A stretch of DNA of 64,000 bases, from contig CAWJSR010000003.1 of the NCBI GenBank assembly GCA_963845515.1, forward strand, positions 126,022 through 190,021. The letters are read 5' to 3'. Positions 37,621 to 47,978 of this stretch are shown piece by piece. This DNA comes from an uncultured delta proteobacterium (lineage in GTDB: Bacteria; Myxococcota; Myxococcia; Myxococcales; Anaeromyxobacteraceae). The notes below the pieces were generated by a model. The model was given only the letters and a program-made list of their open reading frames with translations, searched no databases and was not told where the DNA came from. Both the position numbers and the translations under genes were made by a program. The stretch's first letter is position 1, and each line of letters begins with the position of its first letter.

Positions 37621-38148
37621 TCAGGGCGCGAGGATCGCGGAGGCCTTCAGCGCCGCGACGACCATCGGCTCGGACGGTCCCGGCACGCCGCGCGCCGCGG
37701 ACTGGGCCAGCTCGTCGACGATCTCGTTCGCCGCGTGGCCGTCGTGGCCGCGGACCCAGCTGTAGCGGACGGACAGCTCGCTCGCCCGGGCGTCCACGGC
37801 CTCGATGAGGTCGCGGTTCAGGACGGCGCCGCCCGCCGCGGTGCGCCAGCCCTTGCGGCGCCAGCCGTGGATCCACTTCGAGAGCGCGTCCACGACGTAG
37901 CGGGAGTCGGAGACCACCTCGACCGTCTCTCCCGCTGGGAGGCCCTCCAGCGCCTCGAGCACGGCGCGAAGCTCCATCCGGTTGTTCGTGACGCCGTTCG
38001 GGCCATCGTCCACCCAGCGGGTGCCGCCGAACCGCAGCGCCGGGCGGACCCGGTCGACGACGACGAAGCCGGTGCCGCCGGGGCCGCCCGGGTTCGAGAG
38101 TGAGGAGCCGTCGCAGAAGGCGAGGAAGCGGGCGTTGGCCTGGCGCAT
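37621..38148 (-). CDS. rnhA: ribonuclease HI
   Basis: [43 protein letters not shown]. Confidence 0.92.
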   Translation of the reverse strand: MRQANARFLAFCDGSSLSNPGGPGGTGFVVVDRVRPALRFGGTRWVDDGPNGVTNNRMELRAVLEALEGLPAGETVEVVSDSRYVVDALSKWIHGWRRKGWRTAAGGAVLNRDLIEAVDARASELSVRYSWVRGHDGHAANEIVDELAQSAARGVPGPSEPMVVAALKASAILAP

Positions 38149-38282
38149 GGGGCGGCACCCTACCTCATGCCTGCTGACGTCGCGGCCCCCCGTGCCGGCG
38201 GGGCGCCGAACCGGCGGGGGTGCTACAGATATCGAGCGCGCGAAGAGGCTGGCCCCTGCAGTGGCGTCGAACGGAGGAGCAC

Positions 38283-38651
38283 ATGGAAGGTGAGACCTGC
38301 CGGATGTGCGGTGGCGACGGGCGCGTCGGCAACGCGCTGGGCGGCAGCTCGGCCAAGTGCCCCAGCTGCCACGGCTCGGGTCGACGGGCAGAGTCGGCTT
38401 CGGGGTTCCACGACGTCACGAAGACGAAGCCGTCGCACTACCGCGCTGCGGCGCCGATCTCCGCGGGGCCGAGGGTCCCGGTGACGGCGGAGGCGGTGCA
38501 GCTCGCGGCCGAGGTGAACGCCAGCGTGGTCCTGGCCGCCGACGCGAAGGCGCGGCTGATCGCGGAGATCGTGAACCACGAGACCACGCACGGTCGCTGC
38601 ACGAAGACGTTCATCAAGAAGGTGCGCAAGCAGGCGCGTCCCGCGGCGTAG
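38283..38651 (+). CDS. small protein with DnaJ-type zinc-finger repeats
   Basis: CRMCGGDG and [17 protein letters not shown]. Confidence 0.7.
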   Translation: MEGETCRMCGGDGRVGNALGGSSAKCPSCHGSGRRAESASGFHDVTKTKPSHYRAAAPISAGPRVPVTAEAVQLAAEVNASVVLAADAKARLIAEIVNHETTHGRCTKTFIKKVRKQARPAA

Positions 38652-38669
38652 GGCGGGCCCGCGGCGCGG

Positions 38670-39785
38670 TCAGAATTGACCGGCGATCTTCGCGAGGCCG
38701 CCGAGGTCGTCGACCTCCTCCTCCAGCCGCGGGATGACCGCGTACGGCGCCTCGATCGGACCGGTGAGGCGCTGGATCGCCTCGCGGTCGGCCGCGGCGA
38801 GGAGCTGGTGCTCGGCGAGCGCGGCGGCGAGCCGTCCGCCCATCGAAGGATCGGCGCCCGGCAGCGCCGCCGCCAGCTCCGGGCCGTCCGGCAGCGGCCG
38901 GGTACCGTCCCAGAGCGAGGCGGTGACGCGGTTGGCCACGACGCCCGCGATCGGCATCGCCTCGGCGTGGAGCCGCTCGTGGAGGGCGAGCGCCTCGTCG
39001 ATGGCCGCGGCTGCCGGCGACGCGACGATCACGAACCCGGAGTCCGGGTGCGAGAGCAGCGTCCGCACCGCCTCCGCCCGATCCTTGAAGCCCTCGTACA
39101 TCCCATGGAAGTTGCGCAGGAAGTCGCCGAGGTCCGAGAGCGCCTCCGCGCCGGTGAACCTGGCCAGCGTCTTGGCGATGTAGCTCCCGCCGAGCTGCGC
39201 CAGCCGTAGCCCGACCTTGCCGGCCCCGAGCGCGGGGGCGAGGAGCGCACGGGTGGTCTCGTCACCGAGGAAGTCGAGGATCCGGTCGGGCGCGTCGAGG
39301 AAGTCCAGGGCGTGCGCCGTCGGCGGCGTGTCCAGGACGACCAGGTCGTAGTCGCGCTCGGTCGCCAGCTCGTACAGCTTCTCGGTCGCCATGTACTCCT
39401 GCGACCCTGCGAGCGCCGCCGACATCTGCCGGTAGAGCCGGTTCTTCAGGATGCGGTCGCGCTGGGCCGGGTCGTGGGCGTGACGCCCGACCAGCTCGTC
39501 CCAGGTCCGCTTCACGTCCAGCATCATCGCGTGCAGCTCGCCGCGTGGCGTCAGCCCAGCCGCCTCGAAGGCGTGCTCGGGGACCCGTGTCTCGACGTTG
39601 CCGAGCGCGGCGAGGCCGAGCGCGTTGGCGAGCCGCCTGGCGGGGTCGATGGTGCAGACCAGGACGCGTCCCCCCTCGAGGGCCCGCTGCAGCCCGATGG
39701 CCGCCGCCACGGTCGTCTTGCCGACGCCGCCGGCGCCGACGCAGACGACCACCCGGCGGCTCCCGAGCTGGCTCATGAGGGTCAT
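38670..39785 (-). CDS. ArsA/Get3-family ATPase
   Basis: GAGGVGKTT, TIDPARRLA, DTPPT. Confidence 0.88.
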   Translation of the reverse strand: MTLMSQLGSRRVVVCVGAGGVGKTTVAAAIGLQRALEGGRVLVCTIDPARRLANALGLAALGNVETRVPEHAFEAAGLTPRGELHAMMLDVKRTWDELVGRHAHDPAQRDRILKNRLYRQMSAALAGSQEYMATEKLYELATERDYDLVVLDTPPTAHALDFLDAPDRILDFLGDETTRALLAPALGAGKVGLRLAQLGGSYIAKTLARFTGAEALSDLGDFLRNFHGMYEGFKDRAEAVRTLLSHPDSGFVIVASPAAAAIDEALALHERLHAEAMPIAGVVANRVTASLWDGTRPLPDGPELAAALPGADPSMGGRLAAALAEHQLLAAADREAIQRLTGPIEAPYAVIPRLEEEVDDLGGLAKIAGQF

Positions 39786-40723
39786 CCCAGCCACGCGCCC
39801 CCCTGGGCCGCGAGCTCCGCGGCGAGCCGCTCGACCGCGTCGCGCTCCCACCGCGGCGCGGCCATCAGCGGGAGCACCGCGCCCGGCAAAGGCACCGCCT
39901 CGCGCACGCGCGCGAGGGCGTGCTCCGCGCGGACGCGGCGGGCAGCGGCGATCGAGCCGGCGAGGGCCGCAGGTCCGAGCGGCGGCGGCGCCCCGGCGGC
40001 GCCGGCGAGGATCGCGGCGTCGGCCGCGCCGAAGCGGGACGCCGGCATGGCGTTCACGAGCAGCGCAGCGCGCGGCATCCCGAGCACGCCCCGGATCTCT
40101 GCGTCGAGCTCGATGGTCTCGTTGACCGGGATCTCCTCCGGCAGCGTCACCAGCACGATGCCGGTGCGCGCAGGGTCGAGGAGGAGCGCCCGCATCCACT
40201 CCGCGTCGTGGCGGAGCGGTCCGGGGGGGAAGGCGTCGAGGAGCGCCTGCGGGACCCGCAGCAGCTGGACCGCGTGGCCGGTCGAAGGGGCGTCCATGAT
40301 CACCAGATCCCATCGTGGCCGCGCGCCCTCGGTCGCGCGGGCCTCGTGCAGGATCTTGCCCAGCATCACCAGCTCCGCGAAGCCAGGGACGATCCGGAGG
40401 AAGTGGCGGACCATCCTGTTCTCGAAGACCGCCTCGTAGATGGTCTGGAACTTGACCACCGAGAGCCCGTACTCGCGCAGCGCCTCCTGCGGAGCGACGT
40501 TGACGGTGTGGAGCCCCGGGAGGACCTCCCTGATGCGCGCGCCGCTCGGGCGTTCCCCCAGGAGGGGAGCGATCCGCTCCTGCACGTTCACCTCGCAGAC
40601 CAGGACGCGCTGGCCGCGCCGGGCGGCGAGCAGCGCGAGCGCGGCCGCGACGGTCGACTTGCCGACGCCCCCCTTGCCGGTGACGACGGCGAGCCGTCGC
40701 GCGAGGAGGGGAGGTGCGGCCAC
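39782..40723 (-). CDS. ArsA/Get3-family ATPase
   Basis: TGKGGVGKST, DAPSTGH, VTLPEEIPVNET. Confidence 0.86.
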   Translation of the reverse strand: MAAPPLLARRLAVVTGKGGVGKSTVAAALALLAARRGQRVLVCEVNVQERIAPLLGERPSGARIREVLPGLHTVNVAPQEALREYGLSVVKFQTIYEAVFENRMVRHFLRIVPGFAELVMLGKILHEARATEGARPRWDLVIMDAPSTGHAVQLLRVPQALLDAFPPGPLRHDAEWMRALLLDPARTGIVLVTLPEEIPVNETIELDAEIRGVLGMPRAALLVNAMPASRFGAADAAILAGAAGAPPPLGPAALAGSIAAARRVRAEHALARVREAVPLPGAVLPLMAAPRWERDAVERLAAELAAQGGAWLG

Positions 40724-40737
40724 TTGACGACCGGTGC

Positions 40738-41322
40738 TCAGGGCTCCCGCGGGGGCTTCTTCACTGGCTCCTCGCGATCCAGGTCCTCGAGCCGCCGCTC
40801 CAGCTCGGAGAGGCGCGTCGAGACGTCCTCGAGCTGCTTGCGGACCTCGCCGACGTGGCTCACCCCGTCGATGGCGTTCCGGACCCCCTCGTCGAGCCTG
40901 TGCTGGATCGCGGTGATCGCCTCGCGCGAGACCGCGAGCAGGTCGCGCGACCTGCCGCTGGCCCGGTGGCCACGTGAGAAGATCGTCTGGACGCGCTCTC
41001 GCAGCTCGGCCCCACCCACCAGCTGCTGCGCGATGTCGCCGCCCTGCCGGATGAGCCCGAGCAGCGTGGAGAGGCTCGTCTGGGAGCTCTTCTTCTCCTG
41101 CTCGAAGATGATCTGCGCGAGCGTGATCGACGTGAGATCCTCGCGCGTCCGGTTGTCGACCACCTTCACCTCGGCGCCGGAGCGGATCATCGTCGCGATC
41201 TCGTCCAGCGTCACGTAGCGCGACTCGACCGTGTCGTAGAGTTTCCGGTTGGTGTAGCGCTTGATGACCTTCGGGTCGCGTGCTTCGGCGGACGCTGCGG
41301 CGGGCTGCTGCTCGTCGTTCAT
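40738..41322 (-). CDS. PhaR-like DNA-binding domain protein
   Basis: [34 protein letters not shown]-terminal coiled coil. Confidence 0.85.
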   Translation of the reverse strand: MNDEQQPAAASAEARDPKVIKRYTNRKLYDTVESRYVTLDEIATMIRSGAEVKVVDNRTREDLTSITLAQIIFEQEKKSSQTSLSTLLGLIRQGGDIAQQLVGGAELRERVQTIFSRGHRASGRSRDLLAVSREAITAIQHRLDEGVRNAIDGVSHVGEVRKQLEDVSTRLSELERRLEDLDREEPVKKPPREP

Positions 41323-41427
41323 TGGGAACGCTCCGGGGCGCAAGTGCCCGCAATCAGAGAGATTGTTCATAGGCGTGGCGCTTTGTGTCAAGCGGTCCCC
41401 GGTGTAATCTCCGATCCCGAGGCCGCC

Positions 41428-42828
41428 ATGATCGTCGTTTGCAGCGCTTGCCAGGCAAGGTTCAAGGTCGCCGACGAGAAGGTCGGCCCGCGCGGCGCCA
41501 AGGTGCGCTGCTCGAAGTGCCAGACCGTCTTCGTCGTCCACCGCGACCCCGGCGGCTCTCCAGACGTCCCCCAGGCGGCGCCGACCCCGGCGCGTCGCGC
41601 GCCCGGAGGGCTCGATCTCGACCTGGAGCCCGGGCCGCGCGCAGGCTTCCGCCCCAGCGGAGTGGCGGCCGATCCCTTCGGCCAGGGGCCCTCCGAGCCA
41701 GCCGACCCGTTCGGCAACGCCGGCTCCAGCGGGGGCTCGGGGGCGCAGGACCCGTTCGCCGCCCATGATCCCTTCTCGTCAGCGCCTGGAGGGTTCGGGT
41801 CCGTCGACCCGTTCGTCGCCCAGGTCTCCGCTCCCGCGGAGCTGCCGGCGGCCACGCCACCGCCCGAGCCGTCCGGCATCCTCGACACCGGCTTCGACTT
41901 CGATCCCTCCGCGGACGCGGCGCCACAGCTCCATGACGACCTGGCGCCGCGGCCGAACCACGCGGCGCAGGAGCCCGAGCCAGACCTGGCGCTCGACGAG
42001 AGGACGCCGGCGAGGCCCCTGCCCGCCGCGCCCGCGCCGGGCTTCGGTGGCTTCGGGGGAGAGGATTCCTTCGAGGACCAGAGCGGTGGGCTCCAGCTGG
42101 GAGGCTCCACGGGCTTCGGCGAGGGCGCGGAAGAGTCCTTCGCCCATCCTCACGAAGCCGCGATGCATCCTCCCGCGGCGGACGGCGACGCTGCCCGTGG
42201 GCTTCGCCCGGCCCCCGAAGCGGCGGCGCCGGCGCCGGCTCCCGAGGAGGACGAGGACGCGATCGTCGACGTGCATCGGCGCGCCTCCAGGTTCCGGGCC
42301 GTCGCGGTGAACGCCATCTCGCTCGTCGCGCTCCTCGCGGTGGCGATCGCCTTCCTCTCCTACTGGCGCGGCGTGCGGCCGGGGATGCTCCTGCGCCCGG
42401 CCGCGGTGCTCGGCGCCATCGGGGCGCCGCCGGAGCCCTTCTCGGCGACGCAGCTGCGGAGCGGGCTGTACGAGCGCTCGGACGCGCCGCCGATCCTCTT
42501 CGTCACCGGGAAGGCGGTCTCCCACGCCGGCTCGGCGGTCGCCGGCCTGCGGGTGCGGGTGGAGGTGGTGCGCGGTGGAGCGGTCCTCGCGCGCGGCGAG
42601 GCTGGCGCCGGCGTCGTCCCCACCGCCGAGGAGCTGTACGCGTCGCGCGACGCCGCTGGACTGGTCGCCGCGGCGGAGAGCCGCGCGGCTGGGCGGCACA
42701 AGGGCGTGAAGCCCGGGGAAGCCGTCCCGTTCCTGGTGGCCATCTCCGACTATCCCCCGGACGTCGTGGGGGCGGGGCTCCACGTCACCGTCGAGCCCAT
42801 CGAACCCGGCGGCGCGAAGCAACCATGA
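41428..42828 (+). CDS. MJ0042-type zinc-ribbon membrane protein
   Basis: CSAC...VRCSKC; DPF-rich disordered linker; single TM; C-terminal extracytoplasmic domain. Confidence 0.8.
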   Translation: MIVVCSACQARFKVADEKVGPRGAKVRCSKCQTVFVVHRDPGGSPDVPQAAPTPARRAPGGLDLDLEPGPRAGFRPSGVAADPFGQGPSEPADPFGNAGSSGGSGAQDPFAAHDPFSSAPGGFGSVDPFVAQVSAPAELPAATPPPEPSGILDTGFDFDPSADAAPQLHDDLAPRPNHAAQEPEPDLALDERTPARPLPAAPAPGFGGFGGEDSFEDQSGGLQLGGSTGFGEGAEESFAHPHEAAMHPPAADGDAARGLRPAPEAAAPAPAPEEDEDAIVDVHRRASRFRAVAVNAISLVALLAVAIAFLSYWRGVRPGMLLRPAAVLGAIGAPPEPFSATQLRSGLYERSDAPPILFVTGKAVSHAGSAVAGLRVRVEVVRGGAVLARGEAGAGVVPTAEELYASRDAAGLVAAAESRAAGRHKGVKPGEAVPFLVAISDYPPDVVGAGLHVTVEPIEPGGAKQP

Positions 42829-43589
42829 CCCACGGTGTCGGCCCCGCGAAGGGCGCCGGCGAGGTGGCGCTGGCCATGGCGCGGCGCCTCCTGACGCTGG
42901 AGGAGGGGGGCGCGCGCCGCGGCGCCGCCGCGCGACTGCTGGCAGGGATGGAGCCGTCGCTCGCGGCGCTGGCGATCGCAGCGCTCGCACGCGGCACCGG
43001 CGCGGAGCACCGCATCGCCATCGCGGCGGTGGGCCAGGCCCTGGCGGATCCCCCCGTGGAGCTCGGCTACGAGGGCACGGCCGACATCTACGCCGCCGCC
43101 GCCGAGCGCGGGCTGGTCGAGGTGACGAGCCTGTTCGTCGCGCCGCCGGCCCACAAGGAGTGGGTGCCGCCGCGCGACAAGCCGGACCCTCGCCTCGCCA
43201 GCCTGACGCTCGGGCACAAGAAGACCATGGCGCGCGCGAACCGCGACCCCGACCTGCTGGCGAGGCTGGCGGCCGAGGGGGAGCCGACGGTCGTGCGCGA
43301 GCTGCTCAGGAACGCCCAGCTCACCGAGCCCTTCGCGATCCGGATCGCGGCGCGCCGCCCGATCCGCCCGGAGACGCTGCGCTGCTTCTACGAGTCGCGC
43401 CGCTGGCGCACCCGCCCTGCGGTCGTCCTGGCGGTGGTGAAGAACCCTTACGTCGAGACCGAGGTCGCGCTGAAGCTGCTGGCCTTCCTCGGCTCCGGCG
43501 AGCTCGAGGAGATCGCGCGGGACGGCGCGATCCACCCGATGGTGCGGGCGCTCGCGAACAGGCTGGTGACCGAGCGCAGGACCCCCTGA
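42825..43589 (+). CDS. hypothetical helical-repeat (LRV-like) protein
   Basis: ATGA-coupled to the upstream gene; LTLGHKKTMAR, ELLRNAQLTE, VVKNPY. Confidence 0.65.
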   Translation: MTHGVGPAKGAGEVALAMARRLLTLEEGGARRGAAARLLAGMEPSLAALAIAALARGTGAEHRIAIAAVGQALADPPVELGYEGTADIYAAAAERGLVEVTSLFVAPPAHKEWVPPRDKPDPRLASLTLGHKKTMARANRDPDLLARLAAEGEPTVVRELLRNAQLTEPFAIRIAARRPIRPETLRCFYESRRWRTRPAVVLAVVKNPYVETEVALKLLAFLGSGELEEIARDGAIHPMVRALANRLVTERRTP

Positions 43590-43632
43590 ACCTGCCCGCG
43601 GCCACCGGCCGACCGGAGCGGGTGAGGGCGGG

Positions 43633-43770
43633 TCAGGGCTTCTCTTCGTCGCCCTTCACGGCCTTCTTGAAGCTCCGGATCGCGCGGCCCAGCCCATCGC
43701 CGAGGGCGGGGATCTTGCTCGATCCGAAGACGAGCACGAGGACGAAGAGGACTACGAGGAGCTCGGCCAT
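43633..43770 (-). CDS. tatA: Tat translocase TatA/E subunit
   Basis: [35 protein letters not shown]. Confidence 0.88.
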   Translation of the reverse strand: MAELLVVLFVLVLVFGSSKIPALGDGLGRAIRSFKKAVKGDEEKP

Positions 43771-43827
43771 GGGGCGTTTCCGTGAAGGCGCGCTAGCATA
43801 GCGCCGTCCCCAGCGGAGCGCCACGCC

Positions 43828-44610
43828 ATGCTCTTCCCCTTCATCCCACCGCCGCGCGCCGAGGGCCGTCCGCTCGTCCTGGGCCACCGCGGCGCGAGCG
43901 CCGAGGCGCCCGAGAACACCCTCGCCGCCTTCCGGCTCGCGATGCAGCGCGGAGCGGACGGCGTCGAGCTGGACGTCTGGCGCTGCGGGACCGGCGAGCT
44001 GGTCGTGGCGCACGACGACGACCTGCGCCGCGTCGGCGGGTCGCCGCTCGTGGTCCACCGGGCGCCGCTCGCGGCGCTGCGGGCCGTCGACGTGGGGCGC
44101 TGGAAGGCGGAGCGGTTCCGGGGGGAGCGCGTCCCGCTCCTCGCCGAGGTGCTGGAGGCGGTCCCCTGGGGCATCGTGAACGTCGAGCTCAAGTCGGCGC
44201 GCTTCCAGCTCCCCGACCTGGAGCTCGCGCGGGAGGTGGCGCGGCTGCTGCGCGAGCGGCGGGCCGAGGAGCGGGCGCTCGTCAGCTCCTTCGACTTCCG
44301 GCTGGTCGCCGCCTTCCGTGTCTACTCGCGCAGGGTCGCGACCGCGCTCCTGTTCGAGGACGGCCACCCGTGGCGCGGGCGCGTCGCCGGCGCGGCGGCG
44401 CTGCTCAGCCCGTCGTCGCTCAACCCGGATCTGAGGTTGGTGACGCCGGAGCGCTTCCGTAGCTGGGCGCGAGGCGGGCGCGGGGTGTTCGTGTGGACCG
44501 CCGACGCGCCCGGTGACGTGGCGCGGCTCTGCGCGCTGGGCGCCGCGGGGCTCTTCGCGAACGACCCGGGCGCGGCGCGCGCCGAGGTCCGGCGCGCCAC
44601 GGGACGCTAG
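43828..44610 (+). CDS. glycerophosphodiester phosphodiesterase
   Basis: [34 protein letters not shown]. Confidence 0.9.
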   Translation: MLFPFIPPPRAEGRPLVLGHRGASAEAPENTLAAFRLAMQRGADGVELDVWRCGTGELVVAHDDDLRRVGGSPLVVHRAPLAALRAVDVGRWKAERFRGERVPLLAEVLEAVPWGIVNVELKSARFQLPDLELAREVARLLRERRAEERALVSSFDFRLVAAFRVYSRRVATALLFEDGHPWRGRVAGAAALLSPSSLNPDLRLVTPERFRSWARGGRGVFVWTADAPGDVARLCALGAAGLFANDPGAARAEVRRATGR

Positions 44611-44613
44611 AGG

Positions 44614-45588
44614 CTAGAACTCGAACCCGAGCCTGAACGACCCCGCGAGCGAGGGCTTCACGCGATAGAGCGGGTACTCGTCGGGCTCGAACTCGCCGCC
44701 GCCGTAGTGGGTGATCTCGGCGGCGAGGCTCAGGGCGTAGGCCGTCATCCGCAGGCCGAGCGTCGAGCGGAAGAAGGTGCTCGAGACCTTGGGGAAGGAG
44801 GCGGTGCGGGCGACCTGGTCGGCGTTGACGGTAGCCGGGACCGGGTCAGTGACGCCAGCCTCCGGGAAGAAGACGATCGGGTCGGACGAGGCCCGCATGT
44901 AGGTGAAGCGGAGCGCGCCGTACGGCGTGAGGCTCACGACGCCGAGCACGCCCCAGCGCTTCGAGACCACGAAGTCGAAGTCGGTGGCGCCGATGTTGAG
45001 CGTCCGGACGCCGCCGATCCGCGTGTAGGCGACGCGGAGCGCGAAGTCGGGGAGGACCCGGTCCCCCTCGAAGAAGGCCCACTTCGTCTCGAGCTGGCCG
45101 GCGTAGAGCGCCGACTGCGAGACGTACTTGAAGCGCGCCCCCAGCTCGAAGGAGAACGGCAGCGCCTTCCGGATCCGCACGGCCGGGACGAAGAGCTCGT
45201 GCGGGGTGAGCCCGCGCGTCGGCCAGAAGTTGCGCGGGCCGTACGTCCCTCCGCCGTCGGTGGTGCCGCTGGTCCGTGCCGACCTCGTTGACGTGCGTCC
45301 CGGCGTAGGCCCCCTCCAGCGCGATGTCGAAGCCGGAGTGGCCGGTGGTCGAGCCGGGCGTCAGGAGCGACGAGGTGAGCGCGAGCGTCAGCTCCGACGC
45401 GAGCATCCCGAAGCGGGCCTTCGCGTCGTTGGCGAGCGCGCTGCCGTGGGCGTCCCGGTCGTACGTCGGACGTGCTCCCAGACGCCCGCGTCAGGCGCAC
45501 CGAGCTGACCAAGGTCGAGGTCCAGCGGCTCGGCGAGCGCGGCGGCGGGGAGCAGGGCGGCGATGGCGAGCGCCAGCGTGCGACGCAT
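44614..45588 (-). CDS. exported / outer-membrane beta-rich protein split by at least two frameshifts
   Basis: Signal MRRTLALAIAALLPAAALA; SELTLAL...TTGHSGFD and RKALPFSFELG...RLGFEF lie in successive frames; C-terminal Phe. Confidence 0.6.
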
Positions 45589-45768
45589 GAAGCCTCCAGG
45601 AGGAAACGCACGAAACGTGGCGAGGTTAGCCACGGGTTTTCGGGGGTGTCAAACGCTCCAGTGCGAGAGTGCCCGGCGCGCGAAGGTCGGCGGGGACCTC
45701 CCAGGACCCCTGTGGTATGCAACTGCCCGCTCGGACGCCACAACACACGCTACAGGAGCTCGCCCCGC

Positions 45769-46338
45769 ATGCATCGCTTCCTCCTCGCCGCCGTCGCCGC
45801 GCTCGCACTCTCTGCCAGCCCTGCCCACGCCCAGCAGCGGGGCGCCGCCGCCGGTGACGGCCGGTCGCTCTCCGTCTACGGCATCGCCAGCTACTTCTGG
45901 TGGAACACGGGTGTGGGTGTCGGGGCCCGCTACCAGTTCCCGTTGATCCCGCAGGGGATCCTCCACGCCGGGCAGATCCGCGACGACATCGCCATGGACG
46001 CGGGGCTCGACTTCATCCACGTCGGCTGGGGCGACGTCCGGAACTACAACGTCACTACTGACACTTACTATTGGACCAACCTCAGCTACAACGCCCTCAT
46101 CCCGGCTGTCGGCTTCCTCTGGAACTTCCACATCACGCCTGAGCTCACGGTCTACCCCAAGCTCGACGCCGGCTTCGCCTTCGGCTGGTGGTCGGACGAC
46201 ATCTACGGTGGCACGCCGCACGCGTCCTCCTTCTTCATCCAGGGGGTCGCCGGGGCGACGCTGAAGCTCCAGCGCCTCTCGCTGCGCGGCGAGCTCGGCT
46301 CCGGGATGTTCAAGCTGGGGGTGTCGATCCCGCTGTAG
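45769..46338 (+). CDS. small outer-membrane beta-barrel protein
   Basis: Signal peptide ending AHA; alternating aromatic strands; ends KLGVSIPL. Confidence 0.68.
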   Translation: MHRFLLAAVAALALSASPAHAQQRGAAAGDGRSLSVYGIASYFWWNTGVGVGARYQFPLIPQGILHAGQIRDDIAMDAGLDFIHVGWGDVRNYNVTTDTYYWTNLSYNALIPAVGFLWNFHITPELTVYPKLDAGFAFGWWSDDIYGGTPHASSFFIQGVAGATLKLQRLSLRGELGSGMFKLGVSIPL

Positions 46339-46347
46339 CGCGCGAAG

Positions 46348-47943
46348 CTACTTCGCCTCGCGCCGCGCCCGCATCATGTCCACCGCGAGCTGCTGGCTCT
46401 TCTTGTCGCCGAGGTCGGTCTTGTAGGCGCGCTTGAAGGCCTCCTCGGCCTCGGCGTACAGGCCGAGGGAGCGCTGGATCTCCCCTGCGAAGTACCAGGC
46501 CCGGTTGCAGCCCGGCTCCTGCTTCTGGAGCCCCGCCAGCTCGCCGAGGACGAGCCTCGAGTTGCGCTGCGGATCGACGAGGTAGCGGGCCCACGCGAGG
46601 TGGGCCCGGTTCACGCCGCTGGGCTCGATGTCGGTCGCGAACTGGAAGTACTCCATCGCACCCCGGAAGTTCCCGGCCTCGAGCCTGCGCGACGCCTCGG
46701 CGAACTGGGTCGAAGCGTCCAGCAGGTCGGTCTTGATCCGGAACTGCTCGTGCGTGGTCGGCCGGCTCGCGCCGCTGGCCTTCTCGGCAGCGGCCGCGCG
46801 CCGCTTCCTCCAGAGCGACGCCTGCTCCGGGATCGAGAGCTCCCCGAGCGCCCTGGCCCGCGCGGCCAGCAGCGCGTCGGCCTTCTCGCGCATGTCGGGG
46901 GAGCGGAACCGGAGGGGACAGTACCGGTCCGCCAGCTCCAGGAAGGCCTTGCGCGCCGCGACGGCGTCCGCCTGCTCCGGGATGCCGAGCAGGTCGAAGG
47001 GGTCCTGCGTGCGGTGGTTGAGGTAGGCGCCGAGCAGCAGGTTCTTCAGCTCGTCGGTCTCCTCGAGGACGGTCGCCCCGGTCTCCTCGGGCGCCTCCTC
47101 CTCCAGGTCCGGTCCGGCCGGCGCCGCCTGCGGGGCGTGGGGCGGCGCGCCCTGCTGGGACGCAGGGGCGGCAGGGGCGGGCGCCGCGGCGCGCTGGGGC
47201 TCGGCCGGAAGCGCCTCGGCGAAGGCGACGAAGCCGAGGACGGTGAGGGCGTAGAGCCGCCGCATCGACTCCTCGAGGTCGAGCCCGGTCCGCTGCATCA
47301 GCTCGTCGAGGGTGGGGCGCGCGCGGAGCGCCTGCACCAGCTTCGAGTCGCGGGTCGAGAGCCTGAGCCCCTTCCAGGCGTGGGGCGGCGCCGGGACGAG
47401 CCCGAAGCGCTGGTCGTCGGTGAAGGCGAGCCCCTGGGCGACGACGTCGAAGCTGAGGACGCCGGTCACGCCGGTGAGCACGAGCTGCGCCGGGTTGACC
47501 CGCAGCGCCAGCTCGGCCGGCGCCGTCTCCTCCGCCAACCGGAACGTCGCGTCGTGCCACCGGAAGGCGTCGAGGATCTTCAGCGCGAGGTTCGCCTGCA
47601 TGACCTTGTAGAGGTCGAACGCGCTGATCAGCTTCTGCGAGACCAGCAGCTCACCCATCCGCTGGCCGGTCTGGACGCTCTCGCCGAGCGCCCGCTGGTA
47701 CTGCTCCTCGGTCAGCTTCCCCTTGTTGACGAGGGTCTTGCCGAGCGTCTCGTGCAGCAGGTTGGACCGGCAGGCGACCGGCGACCCGTCCTCGAACTGG
47801 AGCCTCTTCTCCAGCCCGCGGAGCTTCAGCTCGAGCGCGACGGTCCGCTGCTCGGAGAAGATCGCCTGGACGAGGAGCGGCAGCGGGGTCTCGGCGATCG
47901 TCCCCTCTGGCCTGGAGAGGATCTCGGCGGGGGAGGGGTGCAT
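46348..47943 (-). CDS. DUF4388-like + J-like + TPR domain protein
   Basis: GTIAETPLP N-terminus, LGKTLV..GKLT, DPFDLLGI..ARKAFLELA J-like region, C-terminal TPRs. Confidence 0.72.
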   Translation of the reverse strand: MHPSPAEILSRPEGTIAETPLPLLVQAIFSEQRTVALELKLRGLEKRLQFEDGSPVACRSNLLHETLGKTLVNKGKLTEEQYQRALGESVQTGQRMGELLVSQKLISAFDLYKVMQANLALKILDAFRWHDATFRLAEETAPAELALRVNPAQLVLTGVTGVLSFDVVAQGLAFTDDQRFGLVPAPPHAWKGLRLSTRDSKLVQALRARPTLDELMQRTGLDLEESMRRLYALTVLGFVAFAEALPAEPQRAAAPAPAAPASQQGAPPHAPQAAPAGPDLEEEAPEETGATVLEETDELKNLLLGAYLNHRTQDPFDLLGIPEQADAVAARKAFLELADRYCPLRFRSPDMREKADALLAARARALGELSIPEQASLWRKRRAAAAEKASGASRPTTHEQFRIKTDLLDASTQFAEASRRLEAGNFRGAMEYFQFATDIEPSGVNRAHLAWARYLVDPQRNSRLVLGELAGLQKQEPGCNRAWYFAGEIQRSLGLYAEAEEAFKRAYKTDLGDKKSQQLAVDMMRARREAK

Positions 47944-47978
47944 GCGCCCACGAGCATAGCGAACGGACCGGCCGCCGG

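Noticed and set aside
38670..40723. Arsenic resistance operon
   Set aside because: No arsB/acr3, arsC or arsR nearby; the paired single-domain ATPases fit the Get3-like group
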